Shown one piece after another: positions 18,909 through 29,292 of a stretch of DNA of 64,000 nucleotides. The position numbers and the translations under genes are program-made. How positions within the stretch are numbered: the stretch's first letter is position 1; every line of letters starts with the position of its first letter. Below the pieces are notes generated by a model that was given only the letters and a program-made list of their open reading frames with translations, was not told the origin of the DNA and made no database searches. This DNA is from a virus. The stretch lies in the IMG/VR virus record IMGVR_UViG_3300008266_000002. One strand, given 5' to 3'.

Positions 18909-21398
18909 ATGGCACGTAGAAGTATACGATTATCATCATCCGCACAGGATACAGCTATAAGAGCAGGAGAGTTTCAATTACTACCATCTCCTCCTGCCCT
19001 ACCATTTATTGCATCACAACCAATTAATAACTTTGTTCAGTATAGTTGGATTATAGGTTTTGATAATGGATTACCATTATATCAAGAAATCAAACCAAAG
19101 TTTAATGTTGTTCGTGCATTACAAAATACTGCGTTTAGCTTTGAGGTAAGGGTGACAGATCCATCTAATGTTAACGACCGTAACAGTTTAGATAATATAT
19201 CATTTGTATGGAAAAAAGATGGTGCTACGGTTTATTCTCTAAACAGATTAAATGGGGGAGTTGGAGTATCTGGATTGTCAGTGTCACAGCAAAATAGTAG
19301 ACCAGATCTTAGTGGTGTTTATACTTGTGAAGTTTCAAATAATTTTGGAACCACTACTACTCAACCGCTAGAGTTAGAAATTGTAGATCCTCTGCAACAT
19401 CCAAAAATGTTTAAGAATCTTATCTTAAATGGAGATGGTGAGGGTGGTTTAGATAACTGGATAGGAGATGGTCAGATTGTTGTAGACACCTTCCAAATGG
19501 ATATTACAACTAGTCGAAAATTTGGTAGTTTCAATTTAGGTAGGTTTAATACAGCAGATTATAACGAAGCTTTTCAAGAAGCTGTATTACCGCAATTCCG
19601 GTTTAGCGCAGCTGGACAACAAGGGGCTTTTTACTTGTGGTATCGAGAGAGATCTAGATTAGAAGGCACTAATTTTACTGATATAAACACCAAATCAATT
19701 CCAAATACATCTTTTCCAGAATGGGTAGCCTATAATACACAACCGCATCTAGTACCAAACGAGGATTTTTATGCAAATGGAGGTCCGTATGATATTCAAA
19801 ATAAACTACCAGCAGCCTTTTTTCCAGGTGTTAGATGGATGGATTTATATAACCAAAATACTGGATCGGCTTTAATAGGTCTTCGAGCAGAGATTGAAAA
19901 TCAGACTCCAAACTATTTTACGAGAAGAAAAATTAAATTTGAAAAATTTGGTGGTAGAGAAATAACGTCAATGAATCAAACAATCGATTTGAATGATGTT
20001 GCTGATTACGTTGATGGTTATGTGTATGGAGTAAAGTATATGACATCTCAATTCTTTGCTTATGTTGGAATTGGTATTACCGATTATAAAATAAAGTGCC
20101 AAACAACCGAAGGTGAAAAAACCTTCAATTATTTTATAAAAGATAGTGAAGAGGTGTATGATAGCATTGTGAGAAAAAGTAATGAGTACTTTCCTGATGT
20201 ACGAGCTGAACAGCGAGGAGATTCAAAATACACACTTTTACCAAATACCGATATTGAAATCATACCTCAATGTAACGACTTAACAAATATAACAATTTCA
20301 TATCTTGATTCTCTTAGTAAAACACTAAAAGAAGAGGTTATTCCAGGACCTACTGTTGAGGATATTTGGGCATTAAAGGAAAAGGTTTATTTTGTATTAA
20401 CATTATATGCTGTTTATGAATACCTTATTCCAAACGGAAATAATGCAATAAAAGTATTTGGACAGAAGTTTACAGACACAAATGCAATGCAAGCGTTCTT
20501 TGCAGCTGGATCCGGATTATTTGGAAGAGAGTATTATAGAACACAAAATGCTTTACCAGCAAATTTAACAGACGTTACTGCAAAACATTTTTTAAACAAA
20601 TATAGATACACACCAATTACTGGAAGTGATGATGATTGGCGAAAAGGAACTGTATATCCAGGTTATATATGGTATGGAGAAAAGTCCCGTTCAGATGCAG
20701 TTCCGCCAGTAAACAATCCGTATTGGTATTACAAAGCTTTGCCTGATTACGGAGGAGCTGCAATGATTGGGGTAGGAAAGGATATCATCATACCATCACA
20801 AACACGATCTGTTAGAATAAAAGTTGATTTTATTCATACGTCCCAAGTCATAAAGGATGTTGATAGTAGATTAAAGGGTTGGACAAGTCAAGAAATATAC
20901 AGCGATATATATGGCAATACATCAAACACTAGTGCAAGAGTAGTTGAATATGGTAATCCTAGATGTGGAATAACTAAGATGAAGTTTATTCTAGCTCCAA
21001 ATAATATACAGATATCGGATCAGTATGTTACTTATAATATACCACCATTAGCATCAACTGTATTAGGATGGCAAAAAGCTAGACTGCAATTGCGTGATGA
21101 ATTTAACACTGCTAATCAACAATCCTTTAGATATACACTTGTGAATCCATATATAAGTGTTCCACAACCGCCTCAAGTGGCAAGTCCATTCCTATCTTTA
21201 CAGGATCTATCAGCGTATGAAGCACAGCAACAAAACCTACTTAACCAAGCTAACGTAGATGTACCACCTGATGCACAAGAGACACTAAATATGCCAGGAA
21301 ATAATACAATCACAGAAACCGAAGATAGAAGCTTTGTTGCAGGAGAATTAAACAATTCGCTAGGAATAACAAGCCAGCAGGCAGAGAGATATCAATAA
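18909..21398 (+). CDS. Virion protein with Ig (I-set-like) and FBA/galactose-binding-like domains
   Basis: WKKDG...SGVYTCEVSNNFG; NLILNGDGEGGLDNW, NQTIDL; paralog of previous gene. Confidence 0.6.
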   Translation: MARRSIRLSSSAQDTAIRAGEFQLLPSPPALPFIASQPINNFVQYSWIIGFDNGLPLYQEIKPKFNVVRALQNTAFSFEVRVTDPSNVNDRNSLDNISFVWKKDGATVYSLNRLNGGVGVSGLSVSQQNSRPDLSGVYTCEVSNNFGTTTTQPLELEIVDPLQHPKMFKNLILNGDGEGGLDNWIGDGQIVVDTFQMDITTSRKFGSFNLGRFNTADYNEAFQEAVLPQFRFSAAGQQGAFYLWYRERSRLEGTNFTDINTKSIPNTSFPEWVAYNTQPHLVPNEDFYANGGPYDIQNKLPAAFFPGVRWMDLYNQNTGSALIGLRAEIENQTPNYFTRRKIKFEKFGGREITSMNQTIDLNDVADYVDGYVYGVKYMTSQFFAYVGIGITDYKIKCQTTEGEKTFNYFIKDSEEVYDSIVRKSNEYFPDVRAEQRGDSKYTLLPNTDIEIIPQCNDLTNITISYLDSLSKTLKEEVIPGPTVEDIWALKEKVYFVLTLYAVYEYLIPNGNNAIKVFGQKFTDTNAMQAFFAAGSGLFGREYYRTQNALPANLTDVTAKHFLNKYRYTPITGSDDDWRKGTVYPGYIWYGEKSRSDAVPPVNNPYWYYKALPDYGGAAMIGVGKDIIIPSQTRSVRIKVDFIHTSQVIKDVDSRLKGWTSQEIYSDIYGNTSNTSARVVEYGNPRCGITKMKFILAPNNIQISDQYVTYNIPPLASTVLGWQKARLQLRDEFNTANQQSFRYTLVNPYISVPQPPQVASPFLSLQDLSAYEAQQQNLLNQANVDVPPDAQETLNMPGNNTITETEDRSFVAGELNNSLGITSQQAERYQ

Positions 21399-21413
21399 GA
21401 AGTTTTTTTAATA

Positions 21414-21421
21414 TATTTATA
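21414..21421 (+). promoter_or_regulatory. Putative late promoter TATTTATA
   Basis: Intergenic, 10 nt before GTG 21432. Confidence 0.7.
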
Positions 21422-21431
21422 TTAAAAATAG

Positions 21432-24400
21432 GTGCCTAATAGAAATATACTTAACGTCAATAACACAAACCTTAGTAATGGACCACAAAGTACATTACCG
21501 GAAGCTGTTGAGAGAGGTGCTACTACTGGCATAGTACGAGAGACACTACAAACAGTGTTAACTCAAGCAACCCAGCAATCACTCGTTACCCCATGGGGAT
21601 TATATAACAACACGATTGCTAACTATCCAAATGATGTAGTTCGTTTGGATGTAATTAATGCCAATAATCAATATCTTGAATCTAACTACAGAGTAACTAC
21701 TTTTGAACAAGTCTTAACGAGAGTTACTGTAGATCCAGAAAGAGACCTTTTTAACTTAGGTTATATTTCCGGAAAATATAGAGTTGTTTATAAATTTCAC
21801 AGAAACTACCTTGGATCAGGTGATGGCCATAAATTACAAATTCAAGAAATTAGTGCAGATGGTCTTGAAATAAGAGTTATACCTGCTGTTTCTACAACAC
21901 TTGATAATACTAGTTTTTTACAAAACTTTGGAGAAAGCTTTTTTGCAATTCCTAAATCGCAAGTGTTATCTAATCTTGTTTTGTTTAAGGATGCAAATAC
22001 TGCAATGCGAGTATTTGATTATGTACAAGATAAGTTTACTTTTCCAACAACTCCATATAGCATAATTTTTAAGTTATCTGCACCAGCACCTGATGGAGTT
22101 ATACTGGGGGACTTTTTATGGTTAGCACAGCAAGTAAGTGATGATCTAGTTGATACTATAACCATAGTACCACCAAAAAGAAGAGCAAGAACAAGAGCAA
22201 TTGCAGGACCAAACTGGGATGCTATAAACAAAGAGCAAACTGCATTTGCAACACAGTATAGAGATTGGGAAGACTTACTATCAACCAACACACAAACATC
22301 ACAAGACATTGTAAACTCACTATTGAGTAGTTCTTTCTTAGAAGGTGTCCCATTAAACATAGATTATAAAGAGTTTAAGAATTTTATCAACTTTAGCTCA
22401 GCATATGAGCGATTGTTGAATTTTAAATACAAGATGCAATTGTTAGAGGGTTATAATGCACGTATTGCAACTCTAACGACAAACTTAAATGGGTTACCAA
22501 GTAGTAGTGTTTCTAGTAGTGTCTATTTTCTAAATAATGTAAATGACGCTACAACAAAAAAAGCAGCACTTATAGGATCGCTGGATGGATATGAGAAATA
22601 TCTCTACTATGAATCTAGTAGTTATGTGACAAATAGCTTTGGTGAGTTCTATCCATCAACTTGGCCAAAATCAACATCCACATTACCATACGTTAATTAC
22701 TCGTATACATCATCGCAAGTAGAAACTTGGTTTGATGGAATATTGACATCTGCAAGTTTGTATGACCAAAATAATGAGAAGGCTTTATACAAGCTGATCC
22801 CAGCACACGTACAAGAAAACGACGCAAATGAAGGATATGTGCTCTTCACACATATGATTGGACACTACTTCGATTTGGTGTTTGCTTATGTGAAAGCAAT
22901 GAGTGATATTAATAATAGAGATCAGTCATTACTTGAAGGATTTAGTAAAGAGCTTGTGTTTCATGTTGCACAAAACTTAGGTGTTGATTTTGAAAATGGT
23001 ACGTCCTTAGAGGAATTATGGAATTATGCATTGGGGACTGATGTGACTGGATCGCTTTCATCAACATATGGAATAACAACTCAAGACAAAACACGAGAGA
23101 CTTGGAAACGTATTATTAATAATCTTCCATATCTACTGAAAACAAAAGGAACGGAGCGTGGTGTTCGAGCATTAATTAATTGCTTTGGTATTCCACAAAC
23201 AATATTACGTATTCGTGAATTTGGAGGTGCAGAACCAGACTTTGATACAAAGACTGATTATGTACATGAAAGGTTTTTCTATGCAACTAGAGTAGGGCGA
23301 ATAACAGGATCAGCATTTCAATATCTATCTACACCATGGGAAAGTTTACCACAAAATTCTCTTAAACCAATGACCATTGAGGTAAGAGCTAAGATGGCTA
23401 AAAACCAGACTGGTGATAAAGTGTTAATGGGAGTAAAAGATCAGTGGTTAATTAAAGCATTTCAAAGCGGTAGTGGTGATCATTTAGGATTTTTTCTAAA
23501 ACAGAGTGGTAGTAGTGTGTGGGTAACTTCAAGTTTTAGTTGCTCAGTGTATGATGGTAACTGGTACCATATTGCATTACAAAGAGAAAATAAAACTGAT
23601 GTAGCAACTCAGAATCAAGTTTATAAGTTGGTTGCAAAGCGTGTTAACTACGAAAAGGTAGTAGCTACCTACTCAGCATCGTTCACAGTTACGGGATCGA
23701 CACCTGCAGGTGTTGCATATAATAGAAGCTTTTTGAGTGGATCATCTCATAATGCTGGTATAAGATTAGTAACAACCGATCCAACGGGTTTTCCAACAAC
23801 TTTCTATCCAAGTTCATCATGGACAGGTAGCATTCAAGAAATAAAGTTCTGGTCAGAGACGCTGAATAATAGCATATTAGACAATCATGCTCTAGCACCT
23901 ACAAGCTTCCAAGGTAATACAGATGGTGTTTTTACTGGAAGTACTTCTAGCTTCTATACCTTAGGTGCCAGATTTACTTTAGGAAGTGATAACATAAGAC
24001 AAAACTATAATATATCGTCTAGCATACAATCAAGACATCCTGATCAAAGTAAGCGCTTATACACTGGTAGTTTTCCAATCAGTGCATCTATTTTGCAAAG
24101 TGGTAGTTTATCAAATTATAGTGGAAGTTTGTCGTTGTTCTTTGAGCCAGTAACAGAAATACACTCTTTAGAATGGCCAGATCTTGGAGCAAATAGAAGT
24201 ATAAGTAATAAAATACGTATTGATGAGACCTTCTTAGCGGGACAAAACCAATTACGTAGAGATAGTAGTGTAGTACGATCATCAACAGATAATTATCCAC
24301 CAGAGAGTTCAAGATTGGGTATTTACCTATCCCCAACAAACGAAGTCAATCAGGACATCGCTGAGCAGTTTGGTGGTATTAGTATTGATGATTATATTGG

Positions 24401-25949
24401 AGATCCATCAGCGTTATCACTAGATCATTATCCAGACCTGCATGAGCTCCAATATGAATACTTTAAAAAATTCACAACTGGAAGAAGAACACCTCAAAAT
24501 TATATAAGGTTATTAAGACACTACGATTCAGCACTATTCAAGTTAATTAAGAAGTTTGTACCATATCGTGCAAACACTCAAGTTGGTCTAGTTATTGAAC
24601 CACACCTATTAACAAGAGCTAAGTTACCAGTCAAGTTACCAACTTTTGAGGATTTACAATATTCATCGTCTATAGATTTAAGACCTGCTATGGAATATAT
24701 TATGCCAGGTGGGTTTGTTCAAGATGGAGATGGTGAGCCTTTCAGAAATGGACCAGATTACGTTGATGAGGGGGTGGTTAATGCAACCTATTTGATTGGC
24801 ATCCAAAGCGAACCACAGCAAATCATACAACCAACGCAAGATACTAGCGTAAACATAAACATTACACCAACTATTCCAACACAATCATATAATATGGTTG
24901 TGATAGATGGTACTGCATTAAATGGTAGCGCTACCTCTTTATTAGATAGTTACGCTAACGAATTTAACAGAACGGGCATTGACGATAATCCATCAACTAG
25001 TGGTAGCATGGCTGCTCAACTGGATTTAGGCATAACAGCATACGGTAGGGATGTGAGAGTTGATGGATCTCAATATATATTCTACAGCTACTATCAAAGC
25101 GGTAGTCAATGGTTAGGTTATACTAGTAGCCGTTATGATTATCACGAAGCTATCAATCCAGTTATCTTAGATAATTCCAGAAGCGCTATTAGTAATAATG
25201 GATTGTCAACATACGATAGTGATATTTTCTTTAATAAAGCGTTTGCAAATTATTTTACGGCATCATACGATGTTGCTTTAACTGGGTCTGGTGTTATAGG
25301 TGATCCATGGTTAGAATATTATGGATTAAGATTGCTTACATCTAGTTATACTAACGCTTACTGGAAAATGTCAAATACAAATGGACTGATGTTATACTGG
25401 ACAGGAAGTGGTATAGCTGGTTCTGCTCTACAACAGAGAGCATTACTTAATGCATTCTTTTACGATGTTGACGAACCATGGACACAAAACTTACTATATG
25501 AAGTGAAGGTGGTTGCAAAACGAGATTCTACTACAATGGAGGCTGACTCGTATTTTAAACTTGCGTTCGGAGGATTATCATTATCATCTACAGAAGATTT
25601 ATCAAGTATAGGCACCACTTACCAAACTTATACGTATACGGTACAACCAAACGGACCACATCTAATAATAAGTGGTGGAATAGATTCATCTTTATCGAGT
25701 AATTTTTACGCAATAAAAAATTTATCAATTAAGTGCTTAAACTATAGAGCGCAAATACAAGATTTTCATTTGCATGATAGTTATGGTATGAGGAATGCTC
25801 GATACGATGGATGCAAGCTTACTTCGGCAGATTGGAATGTACCAAGTACAGACACAGTTGATAATGGCCCAGTAGTTGAAGTAACAATAGGAGGTGGATT
25901 ACAAGTAAATGTTAGTCCAAATTCAGGAGGAAATTTACAAGTATTATAA
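21432..25949 (+). CDS. Large baseplate wedge protein (gp7/P2 gpI-like motif plus LamG-like domain)
   Basis: LPYLLKTKGTERGVRALINCFGI (KGT motif of gp7/gpI-like proteins); DGNWYHIALQR and GSIQEIKFW LamG-like motifs; GTG start. Confidence 0.65.
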   Translation: MPNRNILNVNNTNLSNGPQSTLPEAVERGATTGIVRETLQTVLTQATQQSLVTPWGLYNNTIANYPNDVVRLDVINANNQYLESNYRVTTFEQVLTRVTVDPERDLFNLGYISGKYRVVYKFHRNYLGSGDGHKLQIQEISADGLEIRVIPAVSTTLDNTSFLQNFGESFFAIPKSQVLSNLVLFKDANTAMRVFDYVQDKFTFPTTPYSIIFKLSAPAPDGVILGDFLWLAQQVSDDLVDTITIVPPKRRARTRAIAGPNWDAINKEQTAFATQYRDWEDLLSTNTQTSQDIVNSLLSSSFLEGVPLNIDYKEFKNFINFSSAYERLLNFKYKMQLLEGYNARIATLTTNLNGLPSSSVSSSVYFLNNVNDATTKKAALIGSLDGYEKYLYYESSSYVTNSFGEFYPSTWPKSTSTLPYVNYSYTSSQVETWFDGILTSASLYDQNNEKALYKLIPAHVQENDANEGYVLFTHMIGHYFDLVFAYVKAMSDINNRDQSLLEGFSKELVFHVAQNLGVDFENGTSLEELWNYALGTDVTGSLSSTYGITTQDKTRETWKRIINNLPYLLKTKGTERGVRALINCFGIPQTILRIREFGGAEPDFDTKTDYVHERFFYATRVGRITGSAFQYLSTPWESLPQNSLKPMTIEVRAKMAKNQTGDKVLMGVKDQWLIKAFQSGSGDHLGFFLKQSGSSVWVTSSFSCSVYDGNWYHIALQRENKTDVATQNQVYKLVAKRVNYEKVVATYSASFTVTGSTPAGVAYNRSFLSGSSHNAGIRLVTTDPTGFPTTFYPSSSWTGSIQEIKFWSETLNNSILDNHALAPTSFQGNTDGVFTGSTSSFYTLGARFTLGSDNIRQNYNISSSIQSRHPDQSKRLYTGSFPISASILQSGSLSNYSGSLSLFFEPVTEIHSLEWPDLGANRSISNKIRIDETFLAGQNQLRRDSSVVRSSTDNYPPESSRLGIYLSPTNEVNQDIAEQFGGISIDDYIGDPSALSLDHYPDLHELQYEYFKKFTTGRRTPQNYIRLLRHYDSALFKLIKKFVPYRANTQVGLVIEPHLLTRAKLPVKLPTFEDLQYSSSIDLRPAMEYIMPGGFVQDGDGEPFRNGPDYVDEGVVNATYLIGIQSEPQQIIQPTQDTSVNINITPTIPTQSYNMVVIDGTALNGSATSLLDSYANEFNRTGIDDNPSTSGSMAAQLDLGITAYGRDVRVDGSQYIFYSYYQSGSQWLGYTSSRYDYHEAINPVILDNSRSAISNNGLSTYDSDIFFNKAFANYFTASYDVALTGSGVIGDPWLEYYGLRLLTSSYTNAYWKMSNTNGLMLYWTGSGIAGSALQQRALLNAFFYDVDEPWTQNLLYEVKVVAKRDSTTMEADSYFKLAFGGLSLSSTEDLSSIGTTYQTYTYTVQPNGPHLIISGGIDSSLSSNFYAIKNLSIKCLNYRAQIQDFHLHDSYGMRNARYDGCKLTSADWNVPSTDTVDNGPVVEVTIGGGLQVNVSPNSGGNLQVL

Positions 25950-25967
25950 TATTTACTAAACACGATA

Positions 25968-25975
25968 TATTTATA
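25968..25975 (+). promoter_or_regulatory. Putative late promoter TATTTATA
   Basis: Intergenic, 15 nt before ATG 25991. Confidence 0.7.
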
Positions 25976-25990
25976 TAAAACAATCAATCC

Positions 25991-26764
25991 ATGGGATATT
26001 TAGACAATTCAACCGTCACAGTAGATGCAATTCTTACTAACAAAGGTCGTGAGATCCTTGCAGCTGGTGGCAGATTAAACATTACAAAATTTGCTTTAAG
26101 CGATGATGAGATCGATTATGATCTTTGGAATCCAGCACACACCTTAGGAACAAACTACTATGGTGCTGTAATTGAAAACATGCCAGTATTAGAAGCATTA
26201 CCAGATGAAACTCAGATGCTTCGCTACAAGCTAGTAACATTACCAAAAGATGTTATTGGTATCCCAGTAATAAGTGTGGCGCCAGCATCAGTGTCGCTAA
26301 CCTCATTAACACAAACCGTAACTATAACACCATCTACATTAAATTTACAAGGTGGTAATAGTGGTTTAGGTTATACAGCGGTTCTTTCAGATGATACAGT
26401 AGCCACTTTAGAGGTAGCTCCAGATGGTGCTGTTGCAATCACATCACAAGGAGCTCTTGCAACACAAAATGCAGCGGCAGTTGTAGAAGCTGCAAACGTA
26501 GGTGGTGTAACTGGATTCTTGGATGATGAGGTAACAAGTGTAACAACAGCTGGTAGAACAGTGGTAAGAATTGGCACTAAGTTTACAATAAGAGCAAGAC
26601 CACAAGCAAACTTAACAACTATAAGACGTGCATTGTTGACTATTATAGGTAATGAAACGGGTGGATTTAAGACAGTATCTATCACAGTTGATCCAAGTCA
26701 ATTTAATACATTAGACGTTCAAACTGGCGCAACTGGTTTAGGTGGTTCTGCAACAGCATCATAA
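25991..26764 (+). CDS. Baseplate/tail structural protein
   Basis: ILTNKGREILA...ITKFALSDD resembles the N-terminus of tail-collar/fibre-attachment (DUF3751-like) domains. Confidence 0.55.
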   Translation: MGYLDNSTVTVDAILTNKGREILAAGGRLNITKFALSDDEIDYDLWNPAHTLGTNYYGAVIENMPVLEALPDETQMLRYKLVTLPKDVIGIPVISVAPASVSLTSLTQTVTITPSTLNLQGGNSGLGYTAVLSDDTVATLEVAPDGAVAITSQGALATQNAAAVVEAANVGGVTGFLDDEVTSVTTAGRTVVRIGTKFTIRARPQANLTTIRRALLTIIGNETGGFKTVSITVDPSQFNTLDVQTGATGLGGSATAS

Positions 26765-26784
26765 AATAAAAACTTAAAATAAAA

Positions 26785-27834
26785 ATGGCTGAAATTTATA
26801 AACTCTTTACACCTGATGATATAGTTCAAGGGGACGTACAAACGATATCTCAACCAATTTGGTCAGAGAATCTTAACCCACTATCATCATCTATATCTGG
26901 AGTTGGGTACTTTACATCATCTGCGCAAGCATCGCAATCAGGAGATTATTACCTAAATATATACCATAGGAATCCATCAACAGCAACCAATGCAGCAATT
27001 CAATTTGCGCTTGCATATGGTCATCGTTTAGGTAGTGGATCTTATGGTGATGCTAACACAGTTGGAAACAATGCTAACGATACACCAACAAGAGCAATCT
27101 ATTCACAATATAGAAACATGTTACTTCCGCCAACAGATCAAGTGTTTACGTTTGGAGGTACTAATTCAGATGAAATTATTGTAATAAATGTAGCTCGTTC
27201 AAGATTCCGTCAAAAAATAGATCCAGGAAACTGGGAATTGCGAATTGGTAGTGGATCTACGGGAGGTAGTACAGCAGCCTACTCAAGCTTTATTGATGCA
27301 AGTGGTGCTGGTGTCAATCCATCAATTAACGAAGCAGGTCGTATATTTGGAATTTATTCTGGTTCTGGTGGTGTAACTGCATCTTCAACACAATATGGAT
27401 TATTTTATCCAGACCAAGGAGTGTTTGTATTCCATGCTGGCTTATTGAGATCAAACTTAGGTATTCCATTTAATAGTGCATCTGCAACAACTTTATCATC
27501 AGCAGGAACACAACCAAGAAACCATGTAACAATGTCTCGCCACATTTCTGCTTCAGGATATTTTGCAGCTAGAAGTGAAGAAAAAGTGACATCAACACAC
27601 TACTTTGTTCGTGTAACAAATAGACAATTTAACTTCTCAAATAACCCAACCTTTGTAACTGGTAGTACTGGAACATTCTTACACTCAAGTATGCTTCGTA
27701 ATCCAAGTGTTTACATTACCACAATTGGATTATTCGATGATAGAAATCGTCTAGTGGCAGTTGCAAAACTTAGCAAGCCGTTATTAAAGTCATTTAATCG
27801 CGAAGCGTTGATAAAAGTTAAGTTAGATTATTAA
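26785..27834 (+). CDS. Baseplate/tail structural protein (paralog of 29292..30941)
   Basis: C-terminal YITTIGLFDDRNRLVAVAKLSKP; several blocks shared with 29292..30941. Confidence 0.6.
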   Translation: MAEIYKLFTPDDIVQGDVQTISQPIWSENLNPLSSSISGVGYFTSSAQASQSGDYYLNIYHRNPSTATNAAIQFALAYGHRLGSGSYGDANTVGNNANDTPTRAIYSQYRNMLLPPTDQVFTFGGTNSDEIIVINVARSRFRQKIDPGNWELRIGSGSTGGSTAAYSSFIDASGAGVNPSINEAGRIFGIYSGSGGVTASSTQYGLFYPDQGVFVFHAGLLRSNLGIPFNSASATTLSSAGTQPRNHVTMSRHISASGYFAARSEEKVTSTHYFVRVTNRQFNFSNNPTFVTGSTGTFLHSSMLRNPSVYITTIGLFDDRNRLVAVAKLSKPLLKSFNREALIKVKLDY

Positions 27835-27861
27835 CATCCCTTTAGATAGTATCTATAGACC

Positions 27862-27894
27862 GACCCTCTATTTATTATAGAGGGTTTCTTTTTT
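27862..27894 (+). terminator. Intrinsic terminator with TATTTATT across its loop
   Basis: GACCCTCTA-TTTATTA-TAGAGGGTT followed by TCTTTTTT. Confidence 0.8.
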
Positions 27895-27899
27895 GGTGA

Positions 27900-27907
27900 T
27901 AATTATA
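27900..27907 (+). promoter_or_regulatory. Putative late promoter variant TAATTATA
   Basis: Context GGTGATAATTATATTCATATGGCA nearly identical to GGTGATATTTATATCATATGGCA at 35477-35499. Confidence 0.55.
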
Positions 27908-27912
27908 TTCAT

Positions 27913-29292
27913 ATGGCAGGAGTATTTAAAAGTTTAGACAAATCTGATATTAGAGTAGTTCCATTTCGTGCGCACAAACAGTGGGTGAATGATCTTAGTT
28001 ATACGTTAACACCGACACCAACAGCATCGGTTACTCTTAGTGGGAATAATTTAAAGTTTTTACAAACAAACTTTTCCCAGAGTATTAACTTAAAAAACAA
28101 CTATTATTACTATCAAGGAGAAGGTAATAATATTAATCTGGTAGATGGTAACGATAGTTTTGCATTATTAGCTCAAACTACAAATGCACCGAGTCTTAAT
28201 CAAATACCTTTCCTTAGCTCAGCAGGACCCAACCAAAATTACATAATGTATTACGAAGGTAATTCATCAACCATGAATGCTCAGAATGCGAGTGATTTAA
28301 GTGATGAGGATGTTGGTACATTTTCGGTCGGTAGTACAACTTATACACACCTATCATGGATTCCAGGTGCAAACATGTTGTTGCTTTCAGGTCTAGAGTC
28401 GTCACCAACACTTGGTTTAACTAGTATTTTATGGGACGTTGCACAGACAAAATTTGATTCTAGTAGTTTTATGAATACAGATCCAGATACAAACTACTTA
28501 GGAACTACGTTTGCAGTAAGAAGTGGTAGTAGCTCTAATTTTTTTGCTGCTCTTACAAGCACAGCTACAACAGACACAGTATATTTTGAATATAAAAATC
28601 AGAGTGGTTCGCGCATAGGTGACGCATCATCGCAATCTCAACTAGCATACAGCCCAACTGCTGTAAAGGATTTTGTAAGTAATGGAAAAGCGAGAAACTT
28701 GAATGCTTTTGCGACCATGAAAGGTGGTACAGGTTTATGGATAATTAGCGGTAGTAGCACACTACAGTATACAAAGTATGAATATGACGTTGTCCGATTA
28801 TTGCAAGACAAGGATTTATATAGAAATGGAACATATAGTACAGCAAGAACATTTGCAGTGTTACGAAATGGAATAGTGTTAGTGGATTTATATGCTGATG
28901 ATAGAGGTTATGGTTGGGAAGATGTAATTGATGCTCAAAGATGGGTAGGAAGTGGTCAAGTCATTGCAGCAACCATTAATAAAAATGTTGATTTATTATC
29001 CTCAACAGAACCTTTGACAATAACTATGTATGCAACAACAAATTTAACATACAAGGCACCTATTGTTGTGTTTCATATTAACCTCAATACGCAGGAGATA
29101 TCAGATCCAATACACTTAGGTTGTCATAGTACAGAGGCTGCTTCACCCTACTTAGGAGATGATGGAAATCGCTCGGTTAATTTTATTGGAGATAATAGTG
29201 TTAATAAGGTTGTGGGTTTAATGTATCAAACAGATAACACCGAGATTATTAGTGGAAATGTTTATAGTCAAATTTACACATTCAATACATAA
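27913..29292 (+). CDS. Beta-rich virion protein
   Basis: N-terminus VFKSLDKSDIR resembles IYKLFTPDDIV of 26785 gene; TAATG overlap with the next gene. Confidence 0.55.
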   Translation: MAGVFKSLDKSDIRVVPFRAHKQWVNDLSYTLTPTPTASVTLSGNNLKFLQTNFSQSINLKNNYYYYQGEGNNINLVDGNDSFALLAQTTNAPSLNQIPFLSSAGPNQNYIMYYEGNSSTMNAQNASDLSDEDVGTFSVGSTTYTHLSWIPGANMLLLSGLESSPTLGLTSILWDVAQTKFDSSSFMNTDPDTNYLGTTFAVRSGSSSNFFAALTSTATTDTVYFEYKNQSGSRIGDASSQSQLAYSPTAVKDFVSNGKARNLNAFATMKGGTGLWIISGSSTLQYTKYEYDVVRLLQDKDLYRNGTYSTARTFAVLRNGIVLVDLYADDRGYGWEDVIDAQRWVGSGQVIAATINKNVDLLSSTEPLTITMYATTNLTYKAPIVVFHINLNTQEISDPIHLGCHSTEAASPYLGDDGNRSVNFIGDNSVNKVVGLMYQTDNTEIISGNVYSQIYTFNT

